A DNA stretch of 52,259 nt from a phage, in assembly GCA_025325205.1 (NCBI GenBank), contig GCA_025325205.1_4770.1. One strand, 5' to 3'. Both the position numbers and the translations under genes were made by a program. Of this stretch, positions 25,361 to 34,180 are shown piece by piece. Every line of letters begins with the position of its first letter. Position 1 is the first letter of the stretch. Under the pieces are notes generated by a model. The model did no database searches, was not told the origin of the DNA, and saw only the letters and a list, made by a program, of their open reading frames with translations.

Positions 25361-26125
25361 ATGTTTGCACAAGCCATTATCGCCCACCACTGGGCTCAAG
25401 CCAAATTTGGAAATCATATGAAAATTATTAATACTCAGGAACCTGAGAAGTTAGTTCGTGAACGTGGTATTCTTGATGTACATTCCATTTTTCATACCAT
25501 TCAAGGCGAAGGCCCATTTTGTGGTCAACCTGCCGTATTCGTTCGATTAGCTGGTTGTAACCTGCAATGCCCAGGTTGCGATACAAACTATACGTCCAAT
25601 CGTAATAAAATGAGTCACAGTGATATTTGGCAAGAAATCGTTCGTGTCACTGGTGAAGCCAAGACTAAATTAGTTGTCATTACTGGTGGCGAACCTTTCC
25701 GTCAACCTGAAGTTGTTAGTTTTATCAACTACCTTATTGATATGAAAGGATACCGTGTACAGGTTGAAACTAACGGGACTATGCCTATCCCGCGTGAACT
25801 CAACTATAGTTGTGTGGTAGTATGTAGTCCTAAGGCAGCAAAGATTCACCCTAGCGTTTCCGCTCGAGCAAATGCTTTCAAATATGTAATGAAAAGTGGA
25901 AACGTCAACGAGGAAGATGGATTACCGTTGCAGGCACTGGATCACCGTGCAACACCATTTATCGCACGTCCGCCTGTACACTTTAAAGGTAATATTTATC
26001 TTCAGCCTATGGATGAACAAGACGACGATGCTAATAAAGCAAACGCTCAAGCTGTCGTTAAATACGCAATGAAGCATAATTATATCGTGCAATTGCAGGT
26101 TCATAAGTATTTAGGTGTAGAATAA
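25361..26125 (+). CDS. queE: 7-carboxy-7-deazaguanine synthase (radical SAM, QueE-like)
   Basis: GEGPFCG ... LAGCNLQCPGCDT (CxxxCxxC radical-SAM cluster motif), VITGGEP; start chosen at ATG 25361 after GAGG. Confidence 0.7.
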   Translation: MFAQAIIAHHWAQAKFGNHMKIINTQEPEKLVRERGILDVHSIFHTIQGEGPFCGQPAVFVRLAGCNLQCPGCDTNYTSNRNKMSHSDIWQEIVRVTGEAKTKLVVITGGEPFRQPEVVSFINYLIDMKGYRVQVETNGTMPIPRELNYSCVVVCSPKAAKIHPSVSARANAFKYVMKSGNVNEEDGLPLQALDHRATPFIARPPVHFKGNIYLQPMDEQDDDANKANAQAVVKYAMKHNYIVQLQVHKYLGVE

Positions 26126-26203
26126 AGTTATACATATTTGAAAACGCGCGGATGGTCAGCGTGCTGAAAGATACAATGTGTTCAACTAATAAGGTAAATT
26201 ATT

Positions 26204-26965
26204 ATGATCAAATATGTCCAATTACTTGGTGAGATTGTTCCGGAAGATGTATTGAATAAGTGCCTGTTCGATGAAGACGGGTTTGTAAAACATTATGTAG
26301 ATACACCTTCCCAGTTTGCATCTCACTCGGCTCTTGGATTTGTAATTCGAGCTGGATATGCAGTGGATGTGTTGAACGACATGAGTCCTACAGTCACTGT
26401 TTTTGTTGAAGGTATGGACGTACATGATCTTATGAATTTAAAGACCGTTTATAACACGCATGTGACACCACCACGTAATGCACTTTACAAATGGCGTATC
26501 AATACTTCTGTTAGTAGAATCCAAAAACCAGCAGAAGAAGCGGAAGCGGATGCCAAGAAGTACACGACATCTACTCAGAAACTAGCTGGTATGATGGAGG
26601 ATGTACTTACGAGCGCCTTTAAAGTTGATCGTAACAAAGAAGGTGAGCCAGAAGTATTCATTGATGAAGCATTAATTAAGAAAGATCATATCCAGGAGAT
26701 TAAAGCTCCACGTCCGAATAAATATATGCGCAAAATTAAAACTTTTGAATCGCATGATATTAACGGTAGCCCGATTGAAATTGATGTATGGGTTGACGTG
26801 TACGACGTAATTAAAGCATTCAATGTAACCAGTGGGCCCATGCAACATGCACTGAAGAAAGTGCTGTGTGCTGGTGAGCGCGGTCATAAAGACTTGCTGA
26901 AAGACCTCAACGACATCATTGCATCCGTTGAGCGTGAAATTGAAATGGTTAAGGAAGGTAATTAA
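26204..26965 (+). CDS. hypothetical protein embedded in the 7-deazaguanine module
   Basis: 253-aa ORF between queE and gat-queC; no motif recognised. Confidence 0.45.
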   Translation: MIKYVQLLGEIVPEDVLNKCLFDEDGFVKHYVDTPSQFASHSALGFVIRAGYAVDVLNDMSPTVTVFVEGMDVHDLMNLKTVYNTHVTPPRNALYKWRINTSVSRIQKPAEEAEADAKKYTTSTQKLAGMMEDVLTSAFKVDRNKEGEPEVFIDEALIKKDHIQEIKAPRPNKYMRKIKTFESHDINGSPIEIDVWVDVYDVIKAFNVTSGPMQHALKKVLCAGERGHKDLLKDLNDIIASVEREIEMVKEGN

Positions 26966-26966
26966 T

Positions 26967-28382
26967 ATGTGCTCTATCTTTGGTGTTATTACTAACGGTC
27001 AACCTGAAAGTCTTATCATTCGTAACGATATCAACGATCTCATTAAAGCTAGTGTCAACCGTGGTCGTGATGGTCTTGGTGTACGCTTTACGCATGGTGA
27101 CCACAGTATGCACCCGCAACGTATCGTCAGCGTCGGTAAAGAAACATCGATGGAACGTCTTGTTAAAGTGGGGCGCATTGCATCTCACGCTGGAGCTATT
27201 GGCAGCTTCACGATGATTGGTAACGCTCGTGCTGAACCGACTACAGAATGGGTCGTTGACAAGAGCGAGTGGGACCAGCAACCATATCACCTCGATGGTT
27301 GGACTATTGTTCATAACGGTACTATTGCGAACGATAAAGACCTTCGCACCTATGCACTACAAACTAAGATCGATAGTGCTGCAATTGTTGAACAGTTAGC
27401 AGAATGCACACTTTCAAATGATGAAACATGTTTAACTGACTTTAACTACCTGTATAGTGTGTTTCACGAAGTTGTTCGTAAACTGAAAGGGAGTTACGCA
27501 ATTCTTGCGACACATGATTCATTCCCTGGATGCGTGTTTGCAGCATGTAACTATCGTCCGATTTGGATTGGCCAGACTAATACTGGTATGTATTTCGCCA
27601 GCCAGGAAGATATGTTACCGACCAGCGCAACTAAGCGGATGTTGAAACCTTACTCATGTAGTGTGGTTACAGCTACAGATGTACAAAATGAAGTTGATCT
27701 TATTCCAAATAAGCAGACTCAACGTGCGTTAGTTGTCGCCAGTGGTGGTATGGACAGTACGGTGGCAGCTCAGATGTGCAAGTCCAATGGTTTAGATGTC
27801 ACTCTCATTAACTTCCAGTATGGTTGTCGTGCAGAAACTAATGAGTTAAAGGCTATTCGTAAGATTGCGGAAGTAATGGAAGTTCCGTTAGTTGAGTTCC
27901 CAATCCCAATTTACGATAAGAAAGACAGCCCGTTATTTGATCAAGACGCTGCAATTGCTGGTGGCGAAGAAGGTGCTGAGTTTGCCCATGAATGGGTTCC
28001 AGCTCGTAACCTTGTAATGCTTTCTGTTGCTACTGCATACGCAGAAGCTAACGGTTTCGACTATATTGTTCTTGGTAACAACTTAGAAGAAGCTGGAGCC
28101 TATCCGGACAACGAGCCTGAGTTTATTAACCGCTTTAATCAGGTGCTACCATTCGCTGTAGGCGACGGTAAGCGCGTTGAAGTGCTCATGCCAGTAGGTA
28201 ACTTAATGAAGCACGAAATTGTCGCTACAGGCCTACGTTTAGGGGCCCCGCTTGAGCACACCTGGAGCTGTTACCGTAACGGGGATTTGCATTGTGGTAC
28301 TTGTGGCCCTTGCATGATGCGTCGGACTGCGTTTAATATTAATAACGCACAAGAAGTTATTAAATACGAAAGCGAGGAATAA
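26967..28382 (+). CDS. queC: glutamine amidotransferase-QueC fusion (7-cyano-7-deazaguanine synthase-like with N-terminal class-II GATase)
   Basis: Begins MCSIFGV (Ntn Cys after Met, asparagine-synthetase-like); central ALVVASGGMDSTVAAQMC PP-loop (SGGxDS); C-terminal WSCYRNGDLHCGTCGPCMMR Zn-Cys cluster typical of QueC. Confidence 0.7.
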   Translation: MCSIFGVITNGQPESLIIRNDINDLIKASVNRGRDGLGVRFTHGDHSMHPQRIVSVGKETSMERLVKVGRIASHAGAIGSFTMIGNARAEPTTEWVVDKSEWDQQPYHLDGWTIVHNGTIANDKDLRTYALQTKIDSAAIVEQLAECTLSNDETCLTDFNYLYSVFHEVVRKLKGSYAILATHDSFPGCVFAACNYRPIWIGQTNTGMYFASQEDMLPTSATKRMLKPYSCSVVTATDVQNEVDLIPNKQTQRALVVASGGMDSTVAAQMCKSNGLDVTLINFQYGCRAETNELKAIRKIAEVMEVPLVEFPIPIYDKKDSPLFDQDAAIAGGEEGAEFAHEWVPARNLVMLSVATAYAEANGFDYIVLGNNLEEAGAYPDNEPEFINRFNQVLPFAVGDGKRVEVLMPVGNLMKHEIVATGLRLGAPLEHTWSCYRNGDLHCGTCGPCMMRRTAFNINNAQEVIKYESEE

Positions 28383-28383
28383 A

Positions 28384-28917
28384 ATGGGTTACACTGTTAT
28401 TCGTTCACATGAGATTTGCGCTGGTCATCGTGTTGTAGGTCATGAAAGTAAGTGTCAACACTTTCACGGTCACAACTATAAGTTCCATTTTAAAGTTGCA
28501 CCAAAGAAAACATTGTCGGAAGGTTACGTCAAATCTGTAAGTGGATTTGCTCTGAATGGCTCTCTGGACGATGTGGGCCGCGTTATAGACTTTAGTGTGG
28601 TTAAAACTACGCTGTGTCAGTGGTTGGAAGATAATTGGGATCATAAGTTCCTGCATTGGGAACATGACAGCGTAATTAATTCACTTATTATTGTTGCATC
28701 AACTAAGTTCGCGCGTGAAAATAATCTAGTAAAGGACGAAGATTATGATCCTTTCGTTAATTCACTGGTATCTTTACCGTTCAACCCAACTGCGGAAAAC
28801 TTAGCTGCATATATGGTTGACGTAATTGGTCCTCAATTACTTGACCAGTATGGTGTTGAACTGGTAGAATGCACCATTGAAGAAACGTCCAAATGCCATG
28901 TTAACTATTGCAAATGA
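28384..28917 (+). CDS. queD: 6-carboxy-5,6,7,8-tetrahydropterin synthase (QueD-like)
   Basis: CAGHRVVGHESKCQHFHGHNY contains the CxxxHGH zinc/catalytic motif of the PTPS/QueD family. Confidence 0.7.
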   Translation: MGYTVIRSHEICAGHRVVGHESKCQHFHGHNYKFHFKVAPKKTLSEGYVKSVSGFALNGSLDDVGRVIDFSVVKTTLCQWLEDNWDHKFLHWEHDSVINSLIIVASTKFARENNLVKDEDYDPFVNSLVSLPFNPTAENLAAYMVDVIGPQLLDQYGVELVECTIEETSKCHVNYCK

Positions 28918-28943
28918 TTGACCACACAAGGAAACTGTAAACC

Positions 28944-29558
28944 ATGAACGAATTTACAAAGATGACAAACAGAGCAGAGATTTCGCACAGCATTGAAAAG
29001 ATTTTAAAGTTGATTGAAGGTGGGGATGATCTGCGTGAAGGCTTGGTTGAAACTCCATCACGAGTCGCTAAAGCATTTGAAACATGGTTCAGCGGTTACG
29101 ATGTTGATATTGCATCCTTGTTCAAGACCTTTGAAGATGGTGGGGAAAACTGCAATGAAATGGTTATTGTTCGTGATATTCCTGTTTACAGTCATTGCGA
29201 ACACCATATGGCCCCTATTATCGGTCACGCTGTCGTGGGGTATGTTCCTAACGGTCGCATCGTGGGGCTTAGTAAACTGTCTCGCGTGGTTGATGCTTTT
29301 AGCCGTCGCTTGCAAGTCCAGGAGCGTTTAACTAACCAGATTGCGGATGCTATCGTAGAACACTTAGACCCGAAAGCTGTGTGTGTTTACATCGATGCAA
29401 AACATATGTGTATGGAGTCGCGCGGTGTCAAGCAAGTTTGCGGAAGCTCAACCATTACTAAAGCATTCCGTGGGCGTACTGCATTGGGCGATGGTGTATT
29501 ACCTGATGTGACGGGTGACACATGGCGTCGGGAATTTCTTGAAGCGTGTAAGAAGTAA
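28944..29558 (+). CDS. folE: GTP cyclohydrolase I (FolE)
   Basis: VYSHCEHHMAPIIGHAVVGYVPNGRIVGLSKLSRVVDAFSRRLQVQERLT: conserved CEHH zinc motif and GLSKL...QVQER segment. Confidence 0.8.
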   Translation: MNEFTKMTNRAEISHSIEKILKLIEGGDDLREGLVETPSRVAKAFETWFSGYDVDIASLFKTFEDGGENCNEMVIVRDIPVYSHCEHHMAPIIGHAVVGYVPNGRIVGLSKLSRVVDAFSRRLQVQERLTNQIADAIVEHLDPKAVCVYIDAKHMCMESRGVKQVCGSSTITKAFRGRTALGDGVLPDVTGDTWRREFLEACKK

Positions 29559-29592
29559 CTGATTTGCGAATCATACATTATCTTTAATATAA

Positions 29593-29618
29593 TAAGCGCC
29601 TACGGGCGCTTATTTGTT
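29593..29618 (+). terminator. rho-independent terminator (possibly partial) between folE and dpdA
   Basis: AGCGCC-tacg-GGCGCT hairpin followed by TATTTGTT. Confidence 0.5.
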
Positions 29619-29627
29619 AGGTGAACA

Positions 29628-30581
29628 ATGCACAGAGAAGATATCAATTATACCTTTCAGATTTATATGGCTGCCGTATATACGAACAGCTATAAACCAG
29701 GAATGAACCGCTATGTTAAACTCAACGAACAAGAAAAACGTGTTGTCGAAAATATTCCAAACATTCTTGAATCCTGGCACTACGTTGGAAAGCAATCATA
29801 TGTTGATGCCATGCGTGCCGATGGGGCCAAGATATTCCTCGACTCCGGGGCGTTCTCAGCTTACACTTTGGGAGTTACGTTATCAGTTAAAGAATACTGC
29901 GATTACATCCAACGAAACATAGATATCATTCGTGTAGAAGATGGTTCACTTATGGCGTCCGTACTCGATGGTATCGGTGATCCACTTCAAACATGGCGTA
30001 ACCAGGAAGAGATGGAAGCCAGAGGTGTAAGACCTTTACCATGCTTCCACGCGGGTGAACCTTTTGAATACCTGGACCATTATGTACGAAATTATGAGTA
30101 TATCACGCTCGGTGGTCTTGTTGGAGCAAGTACGCAACAACTTCAGATATGGCTGGACAGGGTATGGGATAAACACCTTGTGGATGGTAGTGGACGCGCT
30201 AAAATTAAAGTTCACGGATTTGGTATTACATCCCGTCCACTTATGGAGCGTTACCCGTGGTACTCCTGTGACTCATCTTCCTGGATCCAATCCGCGGCGT
30301 TCGGTGCTATTGAAACGCCTAAATGGGGACCAATGCAGGTATCAGAAAAGTCCCCGTCACGTCACTATCAAGGGCAACATATCTGTAATCTTTCAGAAAT
30401 AGAACAGAACAACGTTCTACGCTACTTAGAGGAGTCAGGTTTCACATACGAGCGACTTTCAACGATATATGAATCACGAGCTGCATACAATTTATGGGCG
30501 TATGGTGTGGTCAACGCTATGATTCTTGCTAACCACAATGGGAAGTTCAACGAACGTCTTCAGGATTTATTTGACGAGTAA
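29628..30581 (+). CDS. dpdA: DNA-guanine transglycosylase (TGT-like, DpdA family) candidate
   Basis: 317 aa; KIFLDSGAFS resembles the TGT catalytic-Asp motif (DSGGFQ); last gene of the preQ0 pathway cluster; start uncertain (weak RBS). Confidence 0.55.
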   Translation: MHREDINYTFQIYMAAVYTNSYKPGMNRYVKLNEQEKRVVENIPNILESWHYVGKQSYVDAMRADGAKIFLDSGAFSAYTLGVTLSVKEYCDYIQRNIDIIRVEDGSLMASVLDGIGDPLQTWRNQEEMEARGVRPLPCFHAGEPFEYLDHYVRNYEYITLGGLVGASTQQLQIWLDRVWDKHLVDGSGRAKIKVHGFGITSRPLMERYPWYSCDSSSWIQSAAFGAIETPKWGPMQVSEKSPSRHYQGQHICNLSEIEQNNVLRYLEESGFTYERLSTIYESRAAYNLWAYGVVNAMILANHNGKFNERLQDLFDE

Positions 30582-30589
30582 GGTTACTT

Positions 30590-31582
30590 ATGGATTTACT
30601 TGATGCTTTAAAGTTTGTTCAGGGTTCTGTAGCTAAGAAAGAACTCCAGGAAGGTTTAACTCACTTCCGTATTGTTGATGGTACTGTTCGCGGGTTCAAC
30701 GGAACTATTTCATTGTGTAGTCCAGTACCACTGAACATTGACTGTACACCGAAAGCCGAACCGATGCTCAAGGCTATTGCAGCATGTGACGAAGCTGTAC
30801 AGATGACAATGTTAGCGAACGGTAAGTTGAGCATTAAGTCTGGTGGCTTTAAGGTCAGTGTAGACACTCTTCAGAAACCAACTGCGCACGTAGAGCCAGA
30901 AGGAACAATTCACGAAATAGACGGTCAGCTTTTTCTCAACGGTTTAAGCCGCGTAACGCCGTTTATAAGCGACGATGCTTCCCGCCCGTGGTCTTGCGGC
31001 GTGCTGGTAAAACAGGGCAGCATGTACGCAACCAACAACGCTAGTATTATACAATATTGGTTCGGTGCTGTATTCCCTGTCGATTGTGTTGTGCCACGTA
31101 TGGCCATCAAAGAATTATTGCGTATTAAAAAGCCACCAGTAAGAATTCAATGTACAGATACCAGTATGACATTTCACTACGAAGACGGTTGCTGGTTGCG
31201 TACCCAATTGCTGGAATTAAAGTGGCCCAACATTGACAAGATAATCGAGCGTACAGAAAAGGGGTCTGACGTCTATACGCTTGATACTGAGCTTTTTAAC
31301 TGCTTAGAGAAAATAAAACCGTTCTGTGAACGTGATGGGCGTATCTACATGGAAAATGGTGTTGTGCGCACCCATTACAACGAGCTGGATGGTGCTAGTG
31401 CAATGTTCCGTGAATCTAAGTCAATTGGCGTGTATAATATAGATCTCATTATGCAGTTGAAAGGACTTGCAACGGACTGGGATGCCTCTCGTTTCAATGA
31501 AAAGGACGAAAGGGGTCTTTCAACTCCTATTATTTTTTATGGTGAAAATCTACGTGGGGTAATTGTAGGATTTCGTCTATGA
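30590..31582 (+). CDS. DNA polymerase sliding clamp (beta-clamp/DnaN-like)
   Basis: FISDDASRPWSCGVLVKQG...YATNNASII resembles the beta-clamp domain-II signature (F-x-S-x-DE-x-RP-x-L-x-GVL ... ATDG-RLA); N-terminal GTVRGFNGTISL like the clamp GTD strand; about 330 aa. Confidence 0.5.
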   Translation: MDLLDALKFVQGSVAKKELQEGLTHFRIVDGTVRGFNGTISLCSPVPLNIDCTPKAEPMLKAIAACDEAVQMTMLANGKLSIKSGGFKVSVDTLQKPTAHVEPEGTIHEIDGQLFLNGLSRVTPFISDDASRPWSCGVLVKQGSMYATNNASIIQYWFGAVFPVDCVVPRMAIKELLRIKKPPVRIQCTDTSMTFHYEDGCWLRTQLLELKWPNIDKIIERTEKGSDVYTLDTELFNCLEKIKPFCERDGRIYMENGVVRTHYNELDGASAMFRESKSIGVYNIDLIMQLKGLATDWDASRFNEKDERGLSTPIIFYGENLRGVIVGFRL

Positions 31583-32139
31583 GAAAAGCATTGCCGTTAC
31601 CGCCGTACACTTATCTTCATGAGTGCTTCGACTATAACGAAATTACTGGTGTCCTCACATGGAAAGTGAGGCCCTCACATCATTTTAAATCCGAAAGAGC
31701 TCGAAAGATCGCAAACACACTATTTTCTGGAAAACAAGCTGGAAATGTTGTCACATGTAGTGGTAAGAAATACTTACAAGTTACAATAGATAGAAAATTA
31801 TATCTTGTTCATAGAATTTGTTATAAAATGTATTATAACAAAGAACCGACTGTAATCGATCATGACGATGGAAATGGACTTCACAACTGGATATTAAACT
31901 TAAATGATGGTACAATGTCCGACAATATGAAAAACAGGAAGATGTTAGAATGCAATTCCACTGGTGTTACTGGTGTGAGTCTGACTAAATTAGGGATGTG
32001 GAATGCACATATAATGGTTGGATATAAGGGTTATAATCTATATACAGGCCCTGATTTGTTTGAAGCCTGTTGTGCTAGAAAATCCGCTGAACTATTATAT
32101 GGTTTTAATAAAAATCACGGTAAAGAGAGAAATCTATGA
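31579..32139 (+). CDS. HNH homing endonuclease with AP2-type DNA-binding domain
   Basis: IDHDDGNGLHNWILNLN (HNH core) and GVTGVSLTKLGMWNAHIMVGYKGYNLYTGPDLFEACCARKSAEL (AP2-like); AT-rich relative to flanks; ATGA overlaps on both sides. Confidence 0.7.
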   Translation: MRKALPLPPYTYLHECFDYNEITGVLTWKVRPSHHFKSERARKIANTLFSGKQAGNVVTCSGKKYLQVTIDRKLYLVHRICYKMYYNKEPTVIDHDDGNGLHNWILNLNDGTMSDNMKNRKMLECNSTGVTGVSLTKLGMWNAHIMVGYKGYNLYTGPDLFEACCARKSAELLYGFNKNHGKERNL

Positions 32140-34109
32140 GAAAAGACGCGATTGGGTTTTTCTGGACGGATTTACCTCCCGCTAAGAAAGAGAAGAAACA
32201 GAAAGTAAAACGTCAACCAGTTGAAAGGGTATGGGAGCGCCCAGACTACCTTCCAGGTCTTGATGCAGCAATGCGTTTTGCAGCTAATGATCCGCGTATG
32301 ACAGACGGTGAATTAGTGGAGATGTATTTTGCACAAGAAACGTTCGTATACGATATCGAATGCTATAAGAACTATTTTCTTGTAGCGTTTAAAGGGGTTA
32401 AGTTCGGTAAGGTTTATTATCTAGAAATGACTGCTGGTCAAACACTTGACACGGAAAAGTATGAATGGATAATGAAGAACTTTCGTACCGTTGGTTTCAA
32501 CTCAAGAAACTACGATAATACGATGACATTCCTTGCCATTGCTGGTCTGACTGTTGACAAGCTGAAAGAAGCAAGTGACAGGATGATCCAGGAAGAGTGG
32601 GCCCCGTGGGACATTCTTAACAGTTTTGGTGTGAAGCAGTTTTGGATTGACCACATTGACGTTCAAGAAGTAGCTCCTGGCTTCGGTTCCCTAAAATTGT
32701 ACGGTGGCCGTATGCACATGCAGAAGCTCCAGGACTTACCGTTCCCACCGCATTGGGCGCTGTCCATAGAACAGATTGCTATTGTGCGCTTCTACTGTAT
32801 CAACGACCTTGATACAACAATGGCTCTGTTTAACTCACTGGAAGAGCAGATCCATCTACGTGAGATTATGAGTGAAGAGTATAAAGTAGACCTTCGCTCT
32901 AAATCTGACGCACAAATTGCAGAAGCAGTAATCCGCCATGAAATGAAGGAAATGTTGGGCTTCGTACCACAGAAGGGTATGGTGGAAGTTGGTAGAACCT
33001 TCAGATATAATCCTCCAGTGTGGTTAGGTTTCCAAACGCCACTAATGAAGTCCGTATTTCAGGTGGTGCTTGACAGTTACTTCCGAGTTGCAGAAGATGG
33101 TAAGATTAAGCAACCATCTACAATGAACTCTTTGAAGTTTACGATCAACCAGACAACTTACAACATGGGTATCGGTGGTCTACACTCTTGCGAAGAGTTA
33201 ATGGAGATTGTACCATCTGAAGATGAAGAGATGTGGGATGCTGACGTAACGTCGTACTACCCAATCTGTATCATCAACCAGCAACTGTATCCTGAACACC
33301 TGGGCCCACGCTTTATCGATATCTTCGTCAAGATCGTAGAACGACGTATTGCAGCTAAGATGGCTCACGACGATAAGACAGCACAAACTCTTAAGATCGT
33401 TATCAACGGTTCTTATGGTAAGTTTGGTTCACCGTTCTCTATCCTGTATGCACCGCACCTTATTATCCAGACTACGCTAACAGGTCAGTTAGCTTTGCTT
33501 ATGCTCATTGAGACATTGGAGCTTAACGGTATCCAGGTCGTTAGTGCTAACACAGATGGTATCGTTATTAAACCTTGCAAAGCTAAGAAGCAATTAATGA
33601 CTGATATCATTAAGTGGTGGGAAGAGACAACTGGCTTTGAAATGGAACTGAATCAGTACCTGCGTCTTAACTCTGCAAACGTTAACAACTACGTCGCAAT
33701 CAAGGCGGATGGTAAAGCCAAGCGTAAAGGTTGGTTCGCAGAGACAGGTCTTGCTAAGAACGCGGAAGGTGAGATTATTATGGATGCTGTGGTTAATCTC
33801 CTCCGTGACGGTACGCCAATTGCTAAAACTATCACAGAGTGTCAAGATATTCGTAAGTTTGTTTGTATCAAGACAGCTAACGGTGGCGCCGCGTGGAATA
33901 GTGAGCCATTAGGTAAAGTTGTTCGTTGGTATTATACAAAAGAGGAAGTACCTGAAATACTGATAGTCAAGAGTGGTGGTCGTGTTGGTAAGACAGCAGG
34001 GGGTAAACCTATGATGGAACTCACTGACCAGTTACCGCCGGATCTCAACCACGAAGTGTACATAGCTAAAGCGGAAAAATTGCTGGAAAAACTCGCATAC
34101 GCCGCTTAA
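32136..34109 (+). CDS. DNA polymerase, family B (with 3'-5' exonuclease domain)
   Basis: Exo I VYDIE, Exo II NSRNYD, Exo III YCINDLD; pol motif A DVTSYYP, motif B KIVINGSYGKFG (Kx3NSxYG), motif C ANTDGIV. Confidence 0.75.
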   Translation: MRKDAIGFFWTDLPPAKKEKKQKVKRQPVERVWERPDYLPGLDAAMRFAANDPRMTDGELVEMYFAQETFVYDIECYKNYFLVAFKGVKFGKVYYLEMTAGQTLDTEKYEWIMKNFRTVGFNSRNYDNTMTFLAIAGLTVDKLKEASDRMIQEEWAPWDILNSFGVKQFWIDHIDVQEVAPGFGSLKLYGGRMHMQKLQDLPFPPHWALSIEQIAIVRFYCINDLDTTMALFNSLEEQIHLREIMSEEYKVDLRSKSDAQIAEAVIRHEMKEMLGFVPQKGMVEVGRTFRYNPPVWLGFQTPLMKSVFQVVLDSYFRVAEDGKIKQPSTMNSLKFTINQTTYNMGIGGLHSCEELMEIVPSEDEEMWDADVTSYYPICIINQQLYPEHLGPRFIDIFVKIVERRIAAKMAHDDKTAQTLKIVINGSYGKFGSPFSILYAPHLIIQTTLTGQLALLMLIETLELNGIQVVSANTDGIVIKPCKAKKQLMTDIIKWWEETTGFEMELNQYLRLNSANVNNYVAIKADGKAKRKGWFAETGLAKNAEGEIIMDAVVNLLRDGTPIAKTITECQDIRKFVCIKTANGGAAWNSEPLGKVVRWYYTKEEVPEILIVKSGGRVGKTAGGKPMMELTDQLPPDLNHEVYIAKAEKLLEKLAYAA

Positions 34110-34110
34110 T

Positions 34111-34143
34111 AAAAAGTGGGCCAATACGTTTGTACTGGCCCAC
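34111..34143 (-). terminator. rho-independent terminator for the minus-strand late transcript (convergent junction)
   Basis: GTGGGCCA ... TGGCCCAC stem (34116-34143) with A-run on plus strand (T-run on minus) at 34111-34115. Confidence 0.5.
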
Positions 34144-34180
34144 AATAAAATGCCCCCAAAATGCCGCACGTTGCCTCTGC

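Noticed and set aside
30590-31582. Reading the 330-aa ORF as an N-terminal fragment of a split DNA polymerase
   Set aside because: The downstream 657-aa ORF already contains Exo I-III and pol motifs A-C, so it is a complete family-B polymerase; the 330-aa protein fits a beta-clamp-like pattern instead
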